Source: Ministeria vibrans ATCC 50519 (lineage: Eukaryota > Protista > Filasterea). Taken from it: 42,127 nucleotides of DNA. The stretch is taken from contig CALSCP010002820.1 of assembly GCA_943704425.1 (NCBI GenBank), forward strand, positions 1-42,127, read 5' to 3'. The notes under the pieces are model-generated. The model was not told the DNA's origin, did no database searches, and saw nothing but the letters and a program-made list of their open reading frames with translations. Of the stretch, positions 1 to 13,000 are shown piece by piece (position 1 is the stretch's first letter; each line of letters opens with the position of its first letter). Position numbers and translations under genes: made by a program.

Positions 1-70
1 TTTTTTTTCTGTGTTGTCATGTTTGCTTTTCTGCCTTTTGCGCTCTTCTCTCGTTGTGCGGTGTGTGCAG

Positions 71-636
71 TCGCACAAGGGACGGCGCAAGATCAACATC
101 GAGTACATCGAAGACCGGGCGCGGCGGCACATCACCTTCTCCAAGCGCAAGGCGGGCATCATGAAGAAGGTGCCGAGAGAGTGTCGCGAGAGTGTTGAGA
201 GAGCCAAACCCAAGAATTAATATTATTTTATTATTCTTAAATTCGCACCTTTTCCCTTTTCGGTCGTTTTGCTTTCCTTCTCAGGCGTATGAGCTCAGTA
301 CCCTCACCGGCACCCAGGTCCTCTTGCTTGTTGCCTCCGAGACAGGTTCGTTTCACTGCTCTCTCTCTCTTCGTCTTTTCCTCACAGCTTTTTTTTTGCG
401 TCTGTCTCTCGTTCTCCGACAGGCCATGTTTACACTTTTGCCAGTACAAAACTGCAGCCGATGGTGTCGCACCCCGAAGGCAAGTCGCTTATCCAAGCGT
501 GCCTGAATGCCGCCGACCCCGTCCCCCCCTCCGCCTCTGCACCCGCACCCGACGCCCCACAGCCACGGCCGTCGAAGCGGCGCTCGAGCACGACAGCCAG
601 CGCCTCGGCCTCGGCTGCTGCTGCTGCTTCTGCCTC

Positions 637-679
<43 letters not shown>

Positions 680-901
680 GCTGCTGCTGTACCACACCCC
701 GCCCCATCCATTCCGTCACTCGACACGCTCCACCAGCGACAGCTTCAGCAAGATAGCGAACAACACACACTCGATCACCAGCATCAACGACACCAACTAC
801 AGCAACAAGCGCTACAGGAACAACACCAACAACAACAACATCAAATGCAACAGCGCCTTATACAACAGCATCAACAACAAAAAGAGCAACAGCAGCAACA
901 G

Positions 902-964
<63 letters not shown>

Positions 965-1288
965 AAACAGCCGGACCCTGACGAGCACAAACCACAGTAC
1001 TTTGTCCGAAACACTCACCCCATATATCAACCAGCCCCTTGCCAAACAATTCAGCGACCACTACCATCACCACAACAGCAGCAGCAGCAGCAGCAGCAGC
1101 ATGAGTCGCACTCCCCTCACATGGTCCCTCCCTCCATCTACTTCACAACCCACCGTCGCTCCCTTCCGTCCCTCGCTGCGCCCCCTTCCCCCGTCCTCAA
1201 CCACCACTCTCCTATCCTACAACAACAGCAACAGCACCATCACCTCCAGGATACTCCTCCTCTCCCTCGAAACAAATACTTCTACTGA
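71..1288 (+). CDS. SRF: SRF/MCM1-type MADS-box transcription factor, 5'-partial; exons 71-169, 285-345, 423-1288
   Basis: Splicing at GT-AG sites gives KGRRKINIEYIEDRARRHITFSKRKAGIMKK|AYELSTLTGTQVLLLVASETG|HVYTFASTKLQPMVSHPEGKSLIQACLN, the SRF MADS+SAM core. A poly-Ala, poly-Gln and Pro-rich tail follows. The start codon lies upstream of the window. Confidence 0.95.
614..689 (+). repeat. (GCT)n coding microsatellite (poly-Ala)
   Basis: Direct GCT triplet run inside the SRF exon. Confidence 0.9.
886..963 (+). repeat. (CAG/CAA)n coding microsatellite (poly-Gln)
   Basis: Mixed CAG/CAA run encoding about 26 Gln; a second, shorter run lies near 1073-1099. Confidence 0.9.
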
Positions 1289-1376
1289 AAAATGAAAAAT
1301 AATACACTTTCTTTCTCTCTATCACTTTGTTTCTTTCTCCTCTCTTTCTCTCTTTCTCTCTCACCCACTGTCTGAT

Positions 1377-4300
1377 TCACGCGCGATAGTCGGTATCGGC
1401 CATCTCCAAATCATCATCATCCCATGTGTTTAGAGAGGTCGGGACACGGGCAAACCCGTGATGACGTCGGCGATGTTTGCGCACCCATAGCACCACCGCC
1501 AACAATGCCCCCACTGCCACCAGCACTCCCAGCACCAGCCCTGGCACAGACGCAATCGCACTGCTCCTTTCCATCACAACCGTAGCCAACGTCACCCCAC
1601 CTCCATCACTCACCCGCACCCGCTCACTGTGCGTCACATAGCCTCCTTTGCTCAGCGTCACTGTGTACTCCCCGGCCAACAGCAGACGCCAAAACGCCCC
1701 ACTCTCCACCGAACTCACCGTGTGCTTGAGCCCCGACACAGACACCGTTACATCCGCCAGGCCCTGCCCCGTCACCGCGTCAACCGCCCGCCCCCGCACC
1801 CCAATGTGCACCTGCTCCATGTACGCCAGAAGTGCCTCCCGATTGTCCTCCCAGATGCTCCCCAGCAGAGCTTCGCGCGGAAATTTACAGCACCCCATCT
1901 CAATCGTAATCTCAAAGCAGTTGCTGTGCACATAGTTGAAGTCCTCCATGCCGCCCCGCAGCGAGTACCACTGTGCCCCGTTCGTAATCCCCCCAGGAAA
2001 GTGGTCTCCACACGACGCCCCTTGGTCAACATGCATCGTCCGGTGCGCCTGTGCGAACACAGTTGCCAGATGCCGGAACAGCGTGTCGTCTGCCGTCCCG
2101 CTGTATCCCTGCCCATTGCTTGGCGTGTCGTCAAACGGGTAGCTCGCTACGAGAGCACCTCCATGGAGATTCGCCGACAATACAAACTGGTTATTCACAA
2201 TGAAGCGCTCCAGTGCAGCAGTCTCAGGCTGTGGCGCTGGCTGCATCTTGGACGTAAGAAACTGGTCCAGAAAGTTCCGGTTGAGATCAACATTGTGCGC
2301 ATTGCTGCGACCCACCACTCCTTGGCAGTCCCCTTCTTGCGCCTGCTCATACCCGTCGGGGTTCATTGTCGGCATAATGAACAGTTCGGTTGTGTTGACC
2401 AGGCGCGACACCCGCTCGTCCCATGTGTAGCGACTGCACAGGTACTCAATCAGCGCCACAAGCATCTCGCGCCCCACCACTTCGTTGCCGTGCATGTTTC
2501 CAACATACTTGAAACGCGGACGCAGCGGCACCGACACATCGCCAAGCGAAAAGTCTGCAATGCGCAATGTCCACAGCTCGCGCCCTTCGACGCTCTGCCC
2601 GGCCGTTACAAGGCGCGTCAGTGTCGGATAGCGCTCGTGAACACTCTTAAGAAAGGTCGTCAGCTGCTCGTAGTTGTGGTGCGCATGGGCAAACGTGAAG
2701 ACGGGACCCAGCAGGACACTGACATGGCGCACAGGCGACGCAGACGCACCCGATACAAACTGAATGTGCTCCTCAAAGTGCGACGCAGTGATGCGCAGCG
2801 TGACGTTCGACGCGGGCCAGACAAACCGACTGAAGGAGCCGTCGCAGCGCGAAGCGGCAGTGCACGCACGCGACACATGATGAAAGCCATCGACACTGAT
2901 GGCGACGGTGGACGTGAGCGCCGACGTGGCCGTCGATTCGTACAGCGGCTGCACCGACAGCAGCTTGTGCGTCGATGCGTCATGCAGCAGACCGTGCAGA
3001 AGCACTCCATCGCTGCTCAGCAAAGTATTCCCAACGCCAATCAACCCCATCATGAGTGTCGTGAGCAGTGGTGAAAGGACCAGCTCAGCGGGACGGGCCG
3101 TGCACGCAAGACCAATACTCAGTGTCAACGACCCGTGTTGCTGGTACAGTACGGCGCCACGCTCGCCCACACTGGAGGGCCACTCAACTGCGGGTGTCAC
3201 GTCAGTTGCCGTGCCTCCAAGCGCAAGGCAGGCGGTTGTGACGGCCGACGACGAGGCCGACTGGGCCGTTCCTTTGGCATACGCATCGCCCAGATGTGCT
3301 AGAATCGCCTCGTCCGCATCCGTCTCCACCACCTGCATGGGCCAGACGGCGCCCGTAAAGCCTGTCGCAAGCACCACAGCGAGAAGTGGTGCGTGCACCA
3401 CATCTGCAAGGAGCGCATTCTCGTGCGACGACCCATCGGGAGTACACTGGCTCGCATCCTGGCGCAACATCACCGTCACATAGAGCGCCAACTGAGTCCC
3501 CATCTTGACGAGCGCCGTCTGGTGTGTCGCCGGCAGCGAGCAGCTCTCGCCCTTGATTGCGTTGTCCATGCACTCCAGCGTAAGCCGCGCCATGCCAACG
3601 GCCAGTTCCATGTCGGCCGTGGTTTTGTCCGTCGACGACTCGGCCGTCCCCTGAATGCCACTCACCAGATGCACAATGGGACGTGCAAGCACTGCACTCT
3701 CGGCAACGCCTCCCATTGCAAAATTGGAAATGACAAGGGAGACTTCGCGCGAACAGTCACGGCGGGCCGTGTCGTAAAAGCGGGCGTGCAGTGGATGGCT
3801 CGCCGCAATGCTTTTCAAGTCAGCCGCGAGTGCCTCGGTGTTCTCGTGGTAGCCACCCATCATGGGCGTCGAATCGGACGGAGGCGCCTCGGGCACAGGC
3901 GTGCTCGCGACCGATGCAGTGGCTGCCCCAATCGTCTCGCCACCCTCTGTGACTTTCGGCACAAGGTTCAAATTCATAAGGGTCGCTGATGCAACTCCCG
4001 CCGACGAAGACGACTCAATAATTTTGATGTGTCGTGTCACAGACTCATAGCCATAGGCGGAAACGGAGAGTTCGTAATCGCCCGAGCCCGCCAGCAGACG
4101 CCAATACTTGCCATACTCGTTGCACAGCACAGCGTGACCCTTCTCACCTGCCTTGGCCTGCTCTGCTGTCATAATGGTGACCGACGCCCCTGCAACAGGC
4201 GCACCACCATCCGTCGTAATGGTGCCCTTCACACCCAGGTGCGCATGTTCAATGAAATCGAGGAGCGCCCCGCGACTGTTGCCATAACTCTGTGCAAACT

Positions 4301-6912
4301 GTTCGGTGAAGCGCGGAAAGGCACAGCAACCCAAGTGAAGCGTCACTTGAGCGCAATTGCTGTGTGTGTATGCATAGTCTGCCATGCCATTTGTGGCAGG
4401 CATTCTCGTCGAGTCGCGTCGTCGGCTCGAGCTACTGCACTCCCGCTGATCCGCCATGTCTACTTGAGCGCGCGTGAAATCTGAGGCAATGCGCGCAAAC
4501 AGCTCCTCGTCAGGCGTCGTTTGAGCGGTGTCAAACTCAAAGGGGTGCGTCACGGAGAAAGTGCCATCCACACGCAACACGGCGCCGAGAACAAAATCGT
4601 CGCGGTCCTCGGTCCAGTCAAGATACGCCTGAGTCTCAGCCTGCAAGGTGTGCTCGTCGCCGTCAGACGATGGCAAATCGGAGTAGATGTCAGCGCCACG
4701 TCGTGTCTGGCGTCGCCGTTGCTGCCGTCGTTGCTCCGTGGCACCGTTAACACCCACGTCGCTGCAGTCGTCCGGCAGTGCCTCGGCCAGTGCGTCTGGA
4801 TTGAGCACAGGCAAAAGATACAGATCGACCGTGTCGAGAATGCCCTGAGCTCGCTGGGCCGCATCTACATCAGCGTCCGGCTGGCTTGCACTCCTAGCCG
4901 ACGACAGTATGTCCTCGGCAAGGAACATGAGCATTTCGCTCGTGAGCGCGTCGCCCACGTCCACCGAACCAACAAGACGCACTTTGGGTCGGCCTGTCGA
5001 TTGCACGTCGGCTGTCGCAACGCCACTGGTGAGTCGCAAGACTTGAATGGGGCGTCCTGACGACGACTGGCCCACCGTCTCCATTGCCACTGAATCCGGG
5101 TAGAGTTTCAAAAGCGAATCCATTGCACTCATGATGCGCTGCAGCCGAGTCGCGCCGTCCTCCGATGGCGTAGAGGCGCCCTCGGAGGACGAAGGTACAT
5201 CCGTGTTACCAGGAACAGGAGCACTGTCGGAGATCAATTCAAAGTTGAGCTCAGCATAGGACGGTGTCGCACCGGCGCTGGGCACATTCGCATGCTGTGT
5301 CAGCGGTGCGTACCCGTCAACCGTGACCGTGATGTCAACAGATTGGTCGGGCACCAACAGGCGGTAGTAGTAGCCGTAGAGATCTGTCTGAATCTCGTGC
5401 TGCAGCGAGTCCACCGACACAATTGCATTGCGCAGTGGTTCGCCAGTTGCTTTGTCAGTCACGCGTCCTCGCACTCCAATATGCACAGCCTCCATGTAGA
5501 CCAGTAGTGATTCGCGGTTCTGCGACCACTCCGAGGGCATTTGCGACGCCGGTGGGTACTTGCAACAGCCCAATTCAATGGTGATTTCAAAGCAGTTGCT
5601 GTGCTGGTAGTTCCAATCTTGCATGCCCCCTCGCAAAGAGTACCAGTCGGCGCCGTTTGTGATGCCACCTGGAAAATTATCACCGCAATTTGTTCCTTGG
5701 ACCATTTTCGCGTGGTTCGAGGCGTAGAGAGTGGCAAGGAAGCGAAAGACCGCGTCATCGGGTGACGTACTGTAGCCCTGTCGGTTAGTCACCGTGTCGT
5801 CATAGGGGTAGCTGGCGACGAGAGCGCCGCCATGTAGATTGGCCGACAGCGTGAAATTGTACGTGCGAATAAAATCCATGAGAACCATTGTCTCCTTTTC
5901 GACCGACGCCTTGACACCGCCATTGACAAACTGATCGGGGAAGTCGCGATTCAAATCGACCATACGCGCATTGGCGCGCCCCTGTACCCCGTAACAGTCT
6001 CGCTCGCTGGCTCGCTCGTAGCCATCGGGGTTCATGGTTGGCTAAAAGACGACAACGTGAATACACACAAGTATAATTATAAGAAAATAAGAGAATACGA
6101 ATACAAACAAGTATAATTATAATAAAATAAGAGAATACGAATACAAACAAGTAAAATTATAATAAAATAAGAGAATACGAAGAGGAAGAAGAAGAAGAAG
6201 AAGAAGAATAATAATAATAATAATAATAAAATAAGAGAATACGAAGAAGAATACAACCCATTTATTAATGATACTATTATTGTCAGAAAAAGACGTATTG
6301 GCATCATGATTCATGATAACAATGATAACAATGAAGGAATGATAATGATTGATTTTGTACCATGATGAAAATTCTGGTCGAGTCCACAAGCTTGGTGATG
6401 CGCGGATCCGTACCATACGTGTTGCAAATTGTCTCTAGCAACGTCAAAAGTAGCTCTCGACCAATCACTTCGTTTCCTACAAATTTAAAAGTGCCACGAA
6501 AGAAGAAAGTCACTCAAGGGAAAACTGCTCGTGTGAGAAATGGTTTCGTACCGTGCATATTAGCCACGTATTTGAAGAGGGGCTTGCCCGGGGTGGCGCT
6601 GCCGGGCGTCGTGGACACCTCCATGGTGTAGAGCTGGCGGCCTTCAGAGGAGGAACCGGCCGAAAAGAGACGCATGATGTGGGGACAGGCCAACGCAACA
6701 TCCTAAAGGAGCCATGCGCCATTTAACGCACTGGATCAGCCGCGGGCGCGAGGGGGGAGGGAGGGGGAGGGGGGGGAAGGGGGTACGGCGCGCACACGTA
6801 CCTTCATGGACTGTTCGAGCTTGACGTAGTTTCGATGTCCATACGATACAGTGACACGCTCGCTCAACGCAAGCGTCGTCAACACAATGGTCGTCACAAT
6901 CAAGCGGAGCAT
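1377..6912 (-). CDS. CPD: Carboxypeptidase D-like M14B metallocarboxypeptidase, type I membrane protein with four CP domains; exons 6912-6802, 6702-6552, 6477-6361, 6041-1377
   Basis: Signal peptide [17 protein letters not shown]. Spliced KYVANMHG|NEVIGRE...IM|[15 protein letters not shown] and [13 protein letters not shown]. Transthyretin-like subdomains. A second intact set ([19 protein letters not shown]) lies near the C-terminus, then a TM helix [20 protein letters not shown] and an acidic cytosolic tail. Confidence 0.93.
6071..6255. repeat. Intronic 40-bp AT-rich tandem repeat (about 3 copies) followed by (GAA)n and (ATA)n
   Basis: Unit GTATAATTATAATAAAATAAGAGAATACGAATACAAACAA at 6071, 6111 and 6151, in CPD intron 3. 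Confidence 0.9.
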
Positions 6913-7039
6913 AACAATAACAAATTGAATGAGATTTGAGAAAGATTTAGCAAAATCGGGCAAATCCCCAAGCAAGAATAATAACTCAAGTAATCAAGTT
7001 CACACAAATTTTCCCTTTTCCTAGCACCCGCCCTCTTTG
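6913..7039. promoter_or_regulatory. Putative bidirectional promoter (CPD / VPS13D)
   Basis: Only 127 bp of AT-rich DNA separates the two divergent start codons. Confidence 0.6.
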
Positions 7040-10000
7040 ATGTTCGAGGGCCTTGTGGCCGACCTGGTCAACCGCCTTCTAGGCGAGTTTGTCGAGGGTC
7101 TGGACTCGGCGCAACTACGCATTGCGGTGTGGCAGGGGAGCGTGTCGGTCGGACCGTTGGTGTTGCGTCGCGACGCCCTTGCCAAGCTGCAGCTGCCAAT
7201 CGACGTTGCGACCGGCTACATTGGAAACCTATCGCTCATGGTACGGCTTGTGGCCCAGCGTCGCCCGCTTATCGCACCACTCGCTTTTGTCGCTGACCTC
7301 TTTTTCATTCAGGTCCCTTGGACCCGCATCAAAAGCGACCCTGTCACCGTCGTTCTCGACCAACTTCACCTTGTGGCCGCGCCACGTGCGGCCGACCGTG
7401 TCTTCAGCGCCGAGGAGGAAGAGGAGCGCAAACAGTACACAAAGCAGAAGATGCTGGCGGCGCTGGAAATGCTGCGTGAAAAGGTCAACAGAGGGATTTC
7501 GAGCGCGGCGGACGCTCAGCAAAGTGCTGCCGGCGACGCCTCCTTCACCGCTTCCCTCGTCACCAAGATCATCGACAACCTCCAGGTGACCATTCGCAAC
7601 GTCCACATGCGCTACGAGGACACGCTTAGTCTGCCGGGTCATCCGTTCTCTTGTGGTCTGGTCGTCGACGAACTCTCAGCACAGTCCACCGACGCCTCTT
7701 GGAGTCCCGGTTACATTGGCGACACCCAATCCCTTGTACACAAACTTCTGGCGTTGCGTGGTCTCTCTTTCTACTGGAACTCAGACGAGCCTGAAGAGGC
7801 ACTCTTTGCACGCATCACCGATCGCACCGTTCTCGCCCAACGCCTTGCCAACATCACGCACACAAACGAGTCCAACGATGCCGACACCTCTCCCACCACA
7901 CCCTCTGCAGCACTGCGCTTTGCTGTGGCACCCATTTCGGCCACGGCCAAACTTGTGCTTGCCAAACGCGCCCATCTCTTGCGCACGCCCACTGCACATC
8001 GTGTCTCTCTCGACGTCGTCTTTGACCGCATCCACATCAATGTGCACGAGGAAATGATCCAGGATGCCCACGCACTCATGCTCCTCTTTAGTCTCTTTGC
8101 TCGACGCGAGCGTTATCTGTCATTGCGACCCCTCCAGAGCGTCGCCCAGGCACCTCGAGGTGTCTGGTGGCACTACGCCATCCAGTCGGTGCTCGCCGAT
8201 GTGCGCCAGCGCCGTCGCCATTGGTCCTGGGAGTGGATGCGTGAACGTCGTGATGACCGTCGTGCCTACGTCAGTGTCTACACGCGTCTTCTCACCTCTT
8301 CAGAGAAACCTCCTCTGCCACCCGATGATCGCCAGTGCTTTGATGCTCTCGAGCGCAAACTCTCCTATGAAGACATTCGATTCTTCCGTGCCATTGCCAT
8401 TGCTCACATCTCGACCGAGTCGTCGCTCGTTGCCAAGGCGAAGGCCGCAAAGAAACTTGCTGCCGTCTCTCAGAACACACCCTCTGGCGCCGCAGATGGC
8501 GCGCCCGCTTCGTCCACGGCCGCAGCGGCAACAGCCGGCTCATCATGGGGTGCGTGGGCCTCCTCTTTGATCTGGACTGCTCCTCGAGGGGAGGAAGCCA
8601 CAACCACAACCGACGGTACTGGCGGCACCACTGATACCAACAATGCTGCTGCGTCCCCTGCGTCCCCTGCCTCCCCTGCTTCGCCAACGAAACAGACTGG
8701 CTGGAATGCGCTGGCACCCGACGAACGCCGAACTCTTCTCGACACAATCGGCTACTCGTCCACTAGCGACGACGACGCCAACACCAATGATGCCGTAGCC
8801 AACGTTTCGCCATTTGCTTCCTTCCGCTCGAGCTTTCTCCTGCGCAACGGTGCAGTTGCTCTCTACGCTACTCATCGGTTCCATACCTCATCATTAGCAT
8901 CTTCTTCACCACCCTCTTCTTCGCTCATTCCGCTTGCCGAACTCGAGTTTTCCCCACTTGAACTTCGTTGGCAGACTCGACGAGGACACACTCGCTCGGC
9001 CGTTTCTCTTGGTCAACTCCATTTGCACGACCGATTCACCATTTCGCCAGTGTTTCCGCTGCTCATCACAAGCGGCTCCACGAGCAGTCCCAAGTCTTCT
9101 TTGACTACCTCGACCGAAACTAATGTCTTCTCGGCACGCTACGAACAACGTCGCAAGGAGGCTCGTCTCGTCGTTGAGTCGCAGTCACTGACGCTCTTTA
9201 GCAACGAAAGTCTTCTCGAGCGAGCCTGGGACGCTGTTTTCAACCCAGCATCGCCCGACACATCGACTACCGCCGCTGATGCCCTCGCACCTGTTCCCAC
9301 CCTCGACACCACCCCGGCCACGTCTAATTCTGGAACGGCAACCGCAACAACAGGCACTGGTTCTTCTGCCGCCGCTGTCGACAATGGTCGCCGTTTTGAC
9401 GTGCGAATTGACGCCCATGCTCCTCGCATCATCTTGCCGTCTGCTGTCTCCTCCAGCGACCCCTCCACCGTGTCCGTCTGGGCCTTTGACTTGGGTCATC
9501 TTTCCATTGCGCGCAAAAGCACCACCGCACACAAGATGGACCCTGACATGTCACTATCAGTTGTCCAGGAGCAGCGCGACAACAGCGGTGGTGAATGCAC
9601 GGTAGCCAACGACAGCAATGGCAACAGCATTAACAGCGACATTGACGACGAAGACGACGACGACGACTTCTTCACGCCTCCCGGCACTCCTTCGCCTGTT
9701 CCTTCGCCTGTCGCGTCTCCCGTCCCGTTTGCCGCCGACTCCGGTGACAACACTGCCACCACGAATCACACGGAAGAGGTTGAGACTGTTGCAGCAACCC
9801 GTCCGTCGCTGGCCTTTGAGATGTACAATGTGGCGCTCGACGACCTTCAAGTGGTGTGTTCGTCGGCGAACGAGTGGGAGACGGCGCTTGCGTGTCGCGA
9901 TCAGGATAGCACCTACCACCTCGTGGATCGCTTCTCCATTGCCGTTGGTGTCGACAAGAACCTCTGTCCGGCCACCACTGACCTGACACTGCCGCACTAT

Positions 10001-13000
10001 CGCGTCGAGGCAGAGCTGCCCTTGCTTGTTGTGCACGCCAGTGACGAAAAAATTCGCATTGTGCGTGCTTGTCTGCCTGCGATCCTGAAACTTCCGTCGC
10101 AGACTGCCGACGCTGCAATGATCAATGCCGAGGGAGCCAGCAATGACCATACAACGGCAACTGCCACCGCTACCACGACTACCATTGGCGCAGGAGGCCC
10201 AACTTCAGCAGCCGACACAAGTGTGCTTGAGAGTCGCCTTCTCTTGGCCGATGTGGACATGGCCGACGAGGACGACACTGCCGACGAAGAAGTAGTGCCG
10301 GTCGAGCGTCTCTTGCTGACCGCTCAGTTTGCAGTGTGTCAGGCCTTTGTACGACTGTCGCGTGACCATGGTCGCAAACCAGTGGCGGCCATGCAGTGGA
10401 ACGAGCTGTCGCTCTCCCTCACGCGCCGTCCCTATGACTTGCGCGCCTTTGCTTCGCTCGAGTCATTTACCATGTCGCAGTTGGCACAAGATGGCTCGTT
10501 GGGCACAGCCTTCGTCTGGAGCGATTACCAACAAAGCGGCAACAAGAAGAATGATGCGGTGGCTGTGACCTTATCTATCCCGGAGCCACAGTCTGAGTCA
10601 TTGGCACCAATCACAACGTCGCCCAAGTCACTCTTTACCCTCTCATATGTTCACGTCGATCCAAACTCACCCGAGTTTGAGGTTGTCTACGAATCCATCG
10701 AACAATCCGTCCAGTGTGAAATGTCGTGCCTTTCGGCACACGTTGAACGTGATCTTGTCGCCGACCTGATGCTTTTTGTTGCCGACACTGCGTTGCGACA
10801 ACATCAGGAACAGTCGCAGGAAGAGGCAACACCATCTGAGCCGACTGAGCCCGTGTATGCTCCGCAACAGCCTACTCCTGTCGTCGCTGTGGCCGTGTCG
10901 CCGCGAAGTCTTCCAAAGCGAACACAAATCAAAATGGTGATGCAACGACTCGTGTGTGTGCTTGCTCACAATGGCAGTGCGGTCGCGGAGTGTACTGTGA
11001 TTGGAGTATCGCTGAATGTGGACGATTCGCTCGAGATGGCACGCATTGTCTTCTCGGTAGGTGGTGTGTCTGTGGCTGATTGCCAGGCGTCGCCGCCGTC
11101 GCTTATCTTTGACGGTCTTGCGCCATGCGATTCGTCCACTATGCTCACGGGCGAAGTGTGCTGGTACTACAACGAGCGACTGCCCAATGTGGTCACGCAT
11201 TTTGCGTCGGGTGTCGATCCGACGCAAGACTGTGAACACGCGCCCATCTCGGACGTTTCCGTCTTTTTGCGTCTCGCCACCGTCAGCTATCTGCACACCG
11301 ACTTTCCCAAACGCGTTTCACTATGGCTTGACACGTTCCTCGATGTACGTCGCACCCTCGAGATTATGCACGATGCCACGTCCAAGGCCATCTATGGAAC
11401 GACGACCATTGCCGCTGCCACAACGACCACAACCGCGGCGGCAAGCACAACATCATCCGATGGATCGTCTGCATCGACAATGCCTGCCCGTGCACCCATT
11501 GTTCTCTTGGACATTCTCATTAGTGCACCAACTGTGCGCATTCCTGGCTCGTTCTACGACGACATCAGTGGCAACGAAAGCGTCGAGCTCGTGGCCAACT
11601 TGGGTACTCTCAAGGTTACCAATACGGTCGAGGTGCACCACAGCGCGGAGGGTAGCGCGCGTTTGCTCGTGGACCATTTCTCTGTGGCCCTTACCGACGC
11701 TCACTTGCACGCTCTCGAACTGAACCAACAGCCCTGGACCATTTTGACGAACACTGGGCTCGACGTGGAGTTTCGGCGCTGCGTCAATCAGATTGCGCTC
11801 GAGGAAGCCATTGAGACAGAGCCGTGCGCATTGGAGGCACTTGAGAGTATCGAGGTGCTGCTCACACCCATAGTGGTCAACATCACCAAGGCATCGTACA
11901 ATCAACTTCTCGATGTGTTTGACAAGCTCACCGAGGACGACGAAGAGGAGATTGAAGAGAATCGCAACAAAGCGGCGCGTGTCGTTCAAAAACGAAAGCA
12001 AGAAGAACTCACAAAGTCCAAACGACAGAGCAGTGCGCCTCTATTGAACCCAGCACAACACACCAACAACACCAACACCAACAAGAATGGGTGGGCAAAG
12101 TACTTGGTGCGCACCTCACTTGTCGTTCCGAGCATTGCTATCATGCCCTACGGCGATGTGCGCTCGGGTCGACGGCCCTTGGTGCGGATTCACCTGGGCA
12201 GTCTGTCCTTGGTCCATGCCAAACCGGTGTTTGGTGACACAATCGTCGATGCTGAAATGCAGGAGCTGTTTGTAGTCAATTTGTTGGAGCAGAGCACTGG
12301 TGCCAACGAGGTCAATCTGCGGCTTGAAGAGTCGCTCATGATCACGTCGCGTATTCACTCGCACACCAACAAGGAAAAGAGCGACGGTGACACGACTGAC
12401 ACGGACGATGCGCTCTTCCGTGTGCACTACACCAAAGGGTTCCGTGCAAGCGATGGTGCCATTGAGCGACAGGCCGAGGTCACATTTAACGCACTTGTGC
12501 TCGCTCTGCGTCTCGAGACCACCGTGATGCTATTAGACTTTTTTGGAATCACTGGCGACGATCCGGTCGCTCCTTCTACAGCACCCACCACACCTGATGT
12601 AGGCCCTTTACAAGAGCCATCTCTGTCTACCCCGTCCAAGTCGCAATCGACATCATCCATTCGCTTGCGACCCTCGCTCGACAACGCTCCGACAACGACG
12701 AGTGCGCCACCAGCCGTGGAGGGTGACGTTGTCTTCTTGCCAATCAAGTACCACTTCAAAATTCGTCTGCTGACCATTGACCTTGACTCGCGTGCCGGTC
12801 CCGTGGCACGTCTGCTTGTCTCCGACGTTGCCTTTGTCAAGGAAAACCCCGAAGCCCACCAGCTTTGTACGTCGATCCGCGGCACCCTCGGACGCCTTAA
12901 AATCCTCGACATGACACCCCACGGTCGTGCTCTTCATCACATCTTCTTTGACTCGCTGACCAAGGACGACGCACACACAACAACGGCAACACCAACAACA

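Noticed and set aside
1629-3074. 481-aa antisense ORF and many other overlapping ORFs within CPD and the VPS13 genes
   Set aside because: These are shadow frames of GC-rich coding sequence with no recognisable motifs.
6077-6416. Hydrophobic small ORFs in CPD intron 3
   Set aside because: They are translations of AT-rich tandem and triplet repeats.
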